Of a stretch of DNA of 64,000 nt, positions 1 through 6,830 are shown in pieces. The notes beneath the pieces are model-generated. The model worked only from the letters and a program-made list of their open reading frames with translations. It was not told the DNA's origin and did not search any database. Origin of the DNA: an uncultured Candidatus Saccharibacteria bacterium (GTDB lineage: Bacteria; Patescibacteriota; Minisyncoccia; UBA9983); the NCBI GenBank assembly GCA_964438405.1, contig CAYTKF010000002.1:12404-76403 (forward strand), given 5' to 3'. The position numbers were made by a program, and so were the translations under genes. How positions within the stretch are numbered: the stretch's first letter is position 1; the number at the start of each line of letters is the position of its first letter.

Positions 1-86
1 AAATAAAACCAGAAGTGAACCCGATTGAGGGCGGAAATATAGAAAGTCCTAAAGCGTAATTGTATTTACTTTGTAAATTCATAATT

Positions 87-116
87 GAATGCCGCCAAAG
101 AAAAACTTGGAAATTG
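87..116. repeat. Direct repeat copy 1 (GAAT-GCCGCCAAAGAAAAACTTGGAAATTG) bracketing a ~1-kb GC-rich cassette
   Basis: Near-identical 27-30 nt copy at 1091-1121 with one indel. The intervening ~1 kb is markedly more GC-rich than the rest of the window. Confidence 0.6.
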
Positions 117-425
117 TCAGCGGTGCGGCTCCGCCGCCTTTCCGTCCGCCAGCTGGCGGATTCGCGGGGGGACTTCCTCGCCGCCTGCGGCGGCGAAAGC
201 GGTTCGGACTAATTCAAGTATTCTGCAAAAATACAGGTTATGATATAATAAAAACATCGGCTCGCCTGCCCGCCTCTGGAGAGAACCATATTTTAATTTT
301 GGGAAAAGAAAATTTTTTAAGCATTGAATTCATAAGATTTTTGACAAGAAACAGCAGAAGTGCTGTTTTTTTAATTATCATTGTTTTCATTGATTTTTTG
401 TAGTATTCTTCCCATAGGAGGGTTT

Positions 426-917
426 ATGAAAACCTTGTTCGTTATCGCAACGTTTTTCTCGCTCACCGGACAAGCGTTCGCTTGCAGTTGTTTGGCACCG
501 AAGGTGTCAGACACTCTGAAGTGGGCAGATGTGGTGTTTTCGGGTGAGGTTATCAAGGTCCAATACGTGGACGCCAAGACCGAGAACATTTTCAACGAGC
601 CGCGGATCATCGTGACATTTAATGTTTCGGATTCGTGGAAGGGTAAAGTTCAGAAAACGATGACGCTTCACACCCGCTATAATATGACTTCATGTAGTGG
701 GCTGATCGTCAAAGAAGGCGATCGGTTTCTCATCTACGCTAAGCGTGTGAAGGCGGGGAATTGGCTTGGACGAGGCGGTGCGCTCAATGGCATCACTTTG
801 CCGAAGCCAGAAGACGATATCCTTCAACCCGGCATTTGTAACAGAAGTGGCCTTCTGGCCGACGCCGACGAGGATCTGAAGGCGCTCGGCCGATCGAAAG
901 CTCCTACCGATAACTAG
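426..917 (+). CDS. Secreted hypothetical protein (signal peptide; lipobox-like AFACSC)
   Basis: ORF 381..917 with an internal ATG preceded by a GGAGGG RBS. Hydrophobic N-terminus MKTLFVIATFFSLTGQAFAC. GC-rich, and located inside the repeat-bracketed cassette. Confidence 0.5.
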   Translation: MKTLFVIATFFSLTGQAFACSCLAPKVSDTLKWADVVFSGEVIKVQYVDAKTENIFNEPRIIVTFNVSDSWKGKVQKTMTLHTRYNMTSCSGLIVKEGDRFLIYAKRVKAGNWLGRGGALNGITLPKPEDDILQPGICNRSGLLADADEDLKALGRSKAPTDN

Positions 918-1090
918 ACGCGGTGGTTGTAGCCGCGCATCAGATCGGGTCGCTCCGCGATAATCTCAACGAGCGGCCCTTTTTCTTTTCAAAGAACAAG
1001 CAATTTGCCTCTAAAGCTAAAATTCGTTAGAATTTTAGTAGTTCGTCCCCTGAACTGCATTTTTCTGAAGCCCAAATGGTTGAGCTCAAA

Positions 1091-1121
1091 GAATTTGCCG
1101 CCAAAGAAAAACTTGAAATTG
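1091..1121. repeat. Direct repeat copy 2, overlapping the -35 region of the rnpB promoter
   Basis: Matches 87-116. Immediately followed by TTGCAA-16/17-TATAAT and the RNase P RNA 5' end. Confidence 0.6.
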
Positions 1122-1146
1122 CAATTTTATTTATTTTTGCTATAAT
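1119..1146 (+). promoter_or_regulatory. Sigma70-like promoter of rnpB (TTGCAA ... TATAAT)
   Basis: -10 TATAAT at 1141-1146 and -35 TTGCAA about 16 nt upstream. The RNase P RNA P1 stem starts about 7 nt downstream. Confidence 0.5.
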
Positions 1147-1152
1147 ATAGCC

Positions 1153-1595
1153 AGTTTTACATCGGGTGGTTGCCCGCCGAAGAGGCGGGAGGAAAGTCCG
1201 AACATCCGCGCATTTGCTTTGCAAATGCTAATCTTAAAAATCAAAAATCAAATCTCAAATCTTTTTGAGATTTTAGATTTAAGATTTTATTTTAGCGCGA
1301 GCGAAGTGAGCGCGACAATGGCAGTGGCTAACAGCCACGATTCAAAAAAGAAATTTTTTGAGTACAGACAGCGCAACAGAAAATATACAGCTTCAATATT
1401 AAGTTGGAGCAATGGTGAAATCGTGCATTAAGAGTGCACGCGTTGATATGGCAACATATCATTGTGGCAAACACTTGCCTGATGCAAGGCCGAATCCGCC
1501 TCATCGGCGGAGGTGCCGCTTGAGCCGTCAAGTAATTGATGAGCCTAGATAAATAACCACACAAAAACAGAATTCGGCTTATAGATGTAAAACTA
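1153..1595 (+). ncRNA. rnpB: RNase P RNA (bacterial type A) with a large AU-rich internal expansion
   Basis: P1 pairing AGTTTTACATC(1153-1163)/GATGTAAAACT(1584-1594). P3 hairpin GCCCGCCGAAGAGGCGGG. P4 5' strand GGAGGAAAGTCCGAAC. GGTGAAATCGTGCATTAAGAGTGCACGCG matches the GGGUGAAA...GGUAAGAGCGCACC block. GCTTGAGCC...GCCTAGATAAAT and the ACAGAATTCGGCTTAT P4 3' strand are also present. Confidence 0.85.
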
Positions 1596-1603
1596 AATAT
1601 ATG

Positions 1604-1640
1604 AAAACCCCGTCGCTCGCGAGCGACGGGGTTTTATTTC
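1604..1640. terminator. Bidirectional rho-independent terminator
   Basis: AAAACCCCGTCGC-TCGCGA-GCGACGGGGTTTTATTT: GC stem flanked by an A-run and a T-run, between rnpB (+) and the HTH gene (-). Confidence 0.7.
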
Positions 1641-1855
1641 TAATCTTCTATCAATTTTATTTTTAATTTTCTTGGTTTGTTCTTTTCTATTCTTTCCAAA
1701 AATTTTTCCAAATCAGCCCGGCGATAAAGTCTATAATTATTAACAGGATGCCGGTGAGCCGCCAATTGTCCCTTTTTATCCCAATTTCTAAGGGTTAATT
1801 CGGAAATCCCCAAAAATTCCGCTGCCTCCTTGATTCTTAGGTAATTCTTCCACAT
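1640..1855 (-). CDS. Small MerR/excisionase-family helix-turn-helix DNA-binding protein
   Basis: 71 aa. LRIKEAAEFLGISELTLRNWDKKG is a typical MerR-type/excisionase (Xis-like) HTH. Confidence 0.55.
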   Translation of the reverse strand: MWKNYLRIKEAAEFLGISELTLRNWDKKGQLAAHRHPVNNYRLYRRADLEKFLERIEKNKPRKLKIKLIED

Positions 1856-1866
1856 AATTAGAGTAT

Positions 1867-4230
1867 ATGGAAAATATTATCAAAAGACAACTCAATTTAG
1901 AAAGAGTGTCGTTTTTAATTATCAGTATTGTAATTTTTCTATTACCAGTTTTCGTTTTACCTTGGCAAAATACGGCCTTTGGTTTAGGCAAATCTTATCT
2001 GTTTTATGGAGGCATTTTGATTTGTTTTTTCTTCTGGCTTTCCTCTTCTTTACAAAAAGGTGAAATCACAATAGCCAAAAGCATTCTCTTTTTGGCCGGG
2101 GTTGGTTTAATTTTGGCATGGCTGTTTTCTTCAATTTTTTCTCCCAACAAACTTTTTTCTCTTATTGGCCAAGGATACGAGACAGATACTTTCGCATTCT
2201 TTCTAATTTCTGTTGTCGCGCTTTTTCTCGTAGCACAGCTTTTTAATTCAGAAAAAAGGGGTTTGATTTTTTACCTTTTAATTCTGGGCTCTGGCATTTT
2301 GGTTTTTCTATTTCAGCTTTTCCATGTTGTTTTTAAATTTGACCTCTTGCCGTTTAAGATTTTTACAAACCCTGTTTCCAATCTCATAGGCGGCTGGAAC
2401 GACTTAGGCATATTTTTCGGATTTGTCTGTTTGGTGTCATTAATCCTTTTTGAACTTTATAAAACAAACAAACTGCAGAGAATTTTATTCCTGATTAGTA
2501 TATTTCTGTCTTTATTGGCCATGGCGGTTGTTAATTTTTTTACCGGTTGGATAATCTTCGGCGTTTTCGCATTTGCTCTTTTTATTTATATATTCTCTCG
2601 TTCCTTCCAGCCCAACAATGATTTGACTGGTGTCCAACCAAGAGGTAATAATATTTTGCGTCTTTCTTTCTTTGTTTTTTTGATAGTCTTATCTTTTATT
2701 CTCGCCTCTAATACAATTGGCCAATTAAGCAATGCCATAGGCATAAACTATATTGAAGTCGGGCCTTCCTGGCAGGCAACCATAAATGTTATTAAAGAAA
2801 CCCTTAAGACAGACCCCATTACAGGATCCGGTCCCAATACCTTTGTTTATGATTGGCTTAGATATAAACCCCTGGCGGTGAATTCAACAATTTTTTGGAA
2901 TTTAAGATTTTCTTCCGGCGTAGGCCAAATTCCATCAATGTTTGCAACGGGCGGCGTCATAACTATTTTGGCAATTTTATTCTTTTTAGGGACAGTTGTT
3001 TTTTATGGATTTAAAACTTTGTCTTCCTATTATCAGAACGAATTAACAGGTGCTGTTTTAATGTCCTCTTTTTTGGGAAGTCTTTATCTGTGGTCATTTG
3101 TAATTTTTTATTCTCCTGGTTTTGTAATTTTTTCAATGGCCTTTTTAAGCACCGGTCTCTTGCTGGCGATGTTGGTCAATAGCCAGAAAATCGGGGTTAT
3201 GAAAATTTCTTTCTTAAGCAGTCCGCGCGCAGGATTTATTTCTGTTTTAAGCGTTGCCGTCTTGGTACTTGGAACAGTTTCGGCATTTTATCTTTTAATT
3301 CAGAAAGTCCAGGCCTCTTATCTTTATGAAAAAGCAACAGCTCCCTTGAACACCATGGCTGATGTTGATAGTGCGCAAAATTATTTATCAAGGGCAGTAA
3401 ATTTAGACAGCCAGGATTATTACCTTCGTTCTCTGGCTGAGATTGATTTGATTAAAATGCAGCAGGCGATATCTGACACAAGCCTTAGTCAGGACCAGGC
3501 AAGGACTAATTTTCAAAATGCTTTGGCATCGGCAATTCAAAATGCGCAGTCAGCCGTCCAAAGCAATATTCAGGAACCTCTTAACTGGCTGGAGCTCGGC
3601 CGAGTGTACGAATCTATCATTCCGCTTAAAATAACAGGCGCGGACACAATGGCTCTTAATTCTTATTCTGAGGCGTCTAAATATTCTCCCTTTGATCCCT
3701 CTGTTCTTTTGGCATCCGCTCGAGTCAAAATACAGATGCAAAATAATGATGATGCCAAAAAGCTTTTGGAATCAGCCATAAATATTAAAAATGATTATGC
3801 GCCGGCAATATTTCTGTTGAGCCAAATAGAGGCGCAGGCCGGCAATATAAAGGGCGCCATCAGCCATACTGAGCAGACGGCAATGCTGGCACCCAATGAC
3901 ATAGGAGTTCTTTTCCAGCTTGGACTTTTATATTATCAGGATAATAATTTTGACGGAGCAAGAATTGTTCTTGAAAGGGCAGTCAGTATTAACAGCGAAT
4001 ATGCCAATGCCAGATATTTTCTGGGTTTGGCTTATGACAAGCTGGGGCAGAAAAATGATGCTCTTGAACAATTTACAGTCATCAGCAAAACAAATCCAGA
4101 TAATGAAGAAATAAAAAAGATAATAGCGAATTTAACCGCCGGTAAACCAGCCCTGGATAAAATTTCTCCTCCAGCTCCGGCCCCGGAAAAAAGAAGCAGT
4201 CCGCCAATTAGTGAAAGCGGAAACAAATAA
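1867..4230 (+). CDS. Polytopic membrane protein (O-antigen ligase/Wzy-like N-terminal region) with C-terminal TPR repeats
   Basis: 787 aa. The first ~450 aa are very hydrophobic and multi-TM. The C-terminus has repeated TPR-like A/Y/L patterns (ARYFLGLAYDKLGQKNDALEQF). Confidence 0.5.
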   Translation: MENIIKRQLNLERVSFLIISIVIFLLPVFVLPWQNTAFGLGKSYLFYGGILICFFFWLSSSLQKGEITIAKSILFLAGVGLILAWLFSSIFSPNKLFSLIGQGYETDTFAFFLISVVALFLVAQLFNSEKRGLIFYLLILGSGILVFLFQLFHVVFKFDLLPFKIFTNPVSNLIGGWNDLGIFFGFVCLVSLILFELYKTNKLQRILFLISIFLSLLAMAVVNFFTGWIIFGVFAFALFIYIFSRSFQPNNDLTGVQPRGNNILRLSFFVFLIVLSFILASNTIGQLSNAIGINYIEVGPSWQATINVIKETLKTDPITGSGPNTFVYDWLRYKPLAVNSTIFWNLRFSSGVGQIPSMFATGGVITILAILFFLGTVVFYGFKTLSSYYQNELTGAVLMSSFLGSLYLWSFVIFYSPGFVIFSMAFLSTGLLLAMLVNSQKIGVMKISFLSSPRAGFISVLSVAVLVLGTVSAFYLLIQKVQASYLYEKATAPLNTMADVDSAQNYLSRAVNLDSQDYYLRSLAEIDLIKMQQAISDTSLSQDQARTNFQNALASAIQNAQSAVQSNIQEPLNWLELGRVYESIIPLKITGADTMALNSYSEASKYSPFDPSVLLASARVKIQMQNNDDAKKLLESAINIKNDYAPAIFLLSQIEAQAGNIKGAISHTEQTAMLAPNDIGVLFQLGLLYYQDNNFDGARIVLERAVSINSEYANARYFLGLAYDKLGQKNDALEQFTVISKTNPDNEEIKKIIANLTAGKPALDKISPPAPAPEKRSSPPISESGNK

Positions 4231-4239
4231 AAAATAACC

Positions 4240-5919
4240 GTGATAAAAAGAATTTTTGATCTTTTTAATCAGGAACTTAGCGGCCTGCATAAGGCCGCTA
4301 TGGTTTTGGCTGTTTCGTCTTTTGCCTCAGGCCTTCTGGCTCTTTTTAGGGACAGGCTTTTGGCAGGCACATTCGGCGCAGGCAGGTTTCTTGATGTTTA
4401 TTACGCCTCTTTTAAAATTCCAGATTTTTTATACACGATTTCTTTGGTAATAATTTCCGTTAATGTTTTGATACCTTCTTTTCTGGAAAAACTTTCTCAG
4501 TCTTCGCATGAGGCAAAAAAATTTTTTGATAACATTTTTTCCATTTTTTTGTTTGCGATTATTGTTTTAACCGGGATTACGTTTTTTTTAACTCCACAAT
4601 TGACCAATATTATTGCCCCGGGTTTTTCTGTTGAAGAAAAAAGACAGCTTATATTAATGGCCAGAATTCTTCTTCTGTCGCCGTTTTTGTTGGGTATTTC
4701 CAATTTATTTTCCGGCATAGTGCAATCTTTTAACAGGTTTTATGTTTATGCCCTGAGCCCGATTTTATATAATTTCGGCATAATTCTCGGCATTTTGTTT
4801 TTTTATCCGTATTTCGGAATTACGGGTCTGGCATTAGGCGTTGGTCTGGGAGCTCTTCTTCACGCCGGAGTGCAGATTCCAAGCATAATCAGTTCCGGTT
4901 TTGTTCCCAAAATTAAATTTAAACTGGATTTTAAAGAGGCGTGGAAGACTATCAAACTTTCTATTCCACGCACGCTCGGCTTGGGCATCAATCAGCTGGT
5001 TTTAATTTTTATAACAGCCTCTGCCTCTCTTTTTGCCGCGGGAAGTATCGCTGTTTTTAATATTTCCTATAATCTGCAGAGCGTGCCCATGGCCATAATC
5101 GGCATAAGCTACAGCGTGGCGGCCTTTCCCACACTTGCAAAACTTTTTGTATCAAACAAAAAAAAAGAATTTATAGAACACGCTGTCACGGCCATGCGCC
5201 AGATAATCTTTTGGTCTATCCCCGTGACAATTATTTTAATAGTTTTGCGTGCCCAGATCGTCAGAGTAATTTTTGGGTATGGCAATTTTGATTGGCAGGA
5301 TACGCGTCTCACCGCTGCCGGCCTGGCAATTTTTACTGTTTCTCTTTTGGCCCAGTCGCTGGTGGTGCTTTTTGTGAGAGCCTTTTACGCCGCAGGAAAA
5401 ACGTTAAAGCCCCTGATTATAAATGTTATTTCGTCAGTATTTATAATCGGCGGTTCTCTTTTGGCAGCCAATGTTCCCGGTATTGTAAATTTTGTTAAAC
5501 CATATATTGAAAATATTTTAAGAGTGAAAGATGTACCTGGTACAGAAATGCTTCTTCTACCAATATTTTTTTCCTTGGGCACCATAATCAACGCCTGCAT
5601 ACTCATAAAAATGTTTGCCAAAGAAGTCGAGCCGGTCTGGCATTACGTCCGGAAAACTTTTTTTGAGATTGTTGTTGCCTCGCTGGTCATGGGAATGGTG
5701 ACCTATGCCTCGCTTAATTTTTTGGACAAACTTTTTAATATTCAGACATTTATAGGAATTTTTCTGCAGGGATTTGTGTCAGCGTTATTCGGCCTGGGAT
5801 TCTGGTTTGGCGTTCTGCGTTCTGCAAAAAATAAAGAACTGGAAGAAATTATTTCCTCTCTCAAACAAAAATTCTGGAAAACTCCGGCCATTGCACCAGA
5901 ACCGGAAGAACTGCCATAG
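4240..5919 (+). CDS. murJ: Lipid II flippase MurJ/MviN
   Basis: 559 aa. The N-terminus LAVSSFASGLLALFRDRLLAGTFGAGRFLDVYYASFKIPDFLYT matches the MurJ signature. About 14 TM segments. Confidence 0.8.
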   Translation: MIKRIFDLFNQELSGLHKAAMVLAVSSFASGLLALFRDRLLAGTFGAGRFLDVYYASFKIPDFLYTISLVIISVNVLIPSFLEKLSQSSHEAKKFFDNIFSIFLFAIIVLTGITFFLTPQLTNIIAPGFSVEEKRQLILMARILLLSPFLLGISNLFSGIVQSFNRFYVYALSPILYNFGIILGILFFYPYFGITGLALGVGLGALLHAGVQIPSIISSGFVPKIKFKLDFKEAWKTIKLSIPRTLGLGINQLVLIFITASASLFAAGSIAVFNISYNLQSVPMAIIGISYSVAAFPTLAKLFVSNKKKEFIEHAVTAMRQIIFWSIPVTIILIVLRAQIVRVIFGYGNFDWQDTRLTAAGLAIFTVSLLAQSLVVLFVRAFYAAGKTLKPLIINVISSVFIIGGSLLAANVPGIVNFVKPYIENILRVKDVPGTEMLLLPIFFSLGTIINACILIKMFAKEVEPVWHYVRKTFFEIVVASLVMGMVTYASLNFLDKLFNIQTFIGIFLQGFVSALFGLGFWFGVLRSAKNKELEEIISSLKQKFWKTPAIAPEPEELP

Positions 5920-5922
5920 GGT

Positions 5923-5951
5923 TGACAGAAAATTTGTTTTGATTTAATATA
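5923..5951 (+). promoter_or_regulatory. Sigma70-like promoter (TTGACA-17-TAATAT) for the alpha-CTD-like gene
   Basis: GGTTGACAgaaaatttgttttgattTAATATacc followed by an AACGGAGGTG RBS and ATG at 5962. Confidence 0.5.
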
Positions 5952-5961
5952 CCAAACGGAG

Positions 5962-6681
5962 GTGGACAATATGTCCTTTAAAACCAAGAGGTTTGTTGAG
6001 TTCAATTTTGTTGTCTCTACAGAAGAACTTGGGCGTTGTCTTATCGATGAGTTAGGACAGGTAGTAAAACACCTACAACTTCTTGATAACGAAGGTCTTA
6101 AGTCAATAACAAAACGCTCTTTGAGCGGAAGCTTGAGATTGGAAAAGAGTGGGGTAGGACTAACCCTTTCTTTCTGTGAGGAAAAACAAACAGAAACGTC
6201 CAAAATAATGGCTACTTTCTGTGAAGAGACAGAAACATCTAAATTGGCTAGCTCTTTGAGTTTTTTTGCATCTGAACTTAAGGCATTACAAGAGAAGTAT
6301 TTTAGTTTGGTTAGCGGGACCATCGAGGGTAAATTTGTTTTGGCTGGTCCGGAATCACCGGGACCAGTTGAACAAGCGATTGCTGAACTTCCGCGACTTC
6401 CCGAAGAACTTCAAGAAGAGCAAGAAATTGACATGTCACGGTTTCCCAACTGGAATGGTTCACAAAAAGACCTGAAAACACTTCTTGCAACTCCATGGGA
6501 GAACAAGATGGAAGTAACTGTTAGGACATACAATCGTTTCAAAGATAACAACATTAGAACGATCGGCGATGTTGTTAAAAAAACAGAGGGTCAACTTTTG
6601 AACATAAAACATTTCGGCCACAAATCACTTAATGAAGTGAAAGGATGTTTGGAGCAAGTTGGTCTTAATCTGAAATCTTAG
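5962..6681 (+). CDS. Protein with a C-terminal RNA polymerase alpha-subunit CTD-like domain and a novel N-terminal region
   Basis: The C-terminal ~55 aa VTVRTYNRFKDNNIRTIGDVVKKTEGQLLNIKHFGHKSLNEVKGCLEQVGL follow the RpoA alphaCTD pattern (SVRSxNCL...IGDLV...TExELL...GxKSLxEIK). The N-terminus has no RpoA NTD features and contains an internal FCEEKQTETSKI/FCEETETSKL repeat. Confidence 0.55.
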   Translation: MDNMSFKTKRFVEFNFVVSTEELGRCLIDELGQVVKHLQLLDNEGLKSITKRSLSGSLRLEKSGVGLTLSFCEEKQTETSKIMATFCEETETSKLASSLSFFASELKALQEKYFSLVSGTIEGKFVLAGPESPGPVEQAIAELPRLPEELQEEQEIDMSRFPNWNGSQKDLKTLLATPWENKMEVTVRTYNRFKDNNIRTIGDVVKKTEGQLLNIKHFGHKSLNEVKGCLEQVGLNLKS

Positions 6682-6830
6682 TTGTTGTTCGTTCGTCGCC
6701 CGAATCTGAAAAGAGGAGGGCTTTTTGTTTGGTAAATTTTTTAAAAAACCGACTCTTATTTGCTATAGCTGATAAGAGTATAAAATTTAAAATTTGCTGA
6801 AAGTGTTAAAATAAATTAGTATTTATAATA

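Noticed and set aside
89-403. 104-aa ORF starting inside the direct repeat
   Set aside because: Arg/Pro/Gly-rich translation of a GC-rich structured stretch, no RBS, and it overlaps the better-supported secreted-protein ORF. Likely non-coding.
1219-1431. ORF-track ORFs (1219-1431 plus, 1328-1564 minus, 1027-1224 minus) overlapping the rnpB locus
   Set aside because: They lie inside the RNase P RNA gene and its promoter. Low-complexity AT-rich translation; no RBS.
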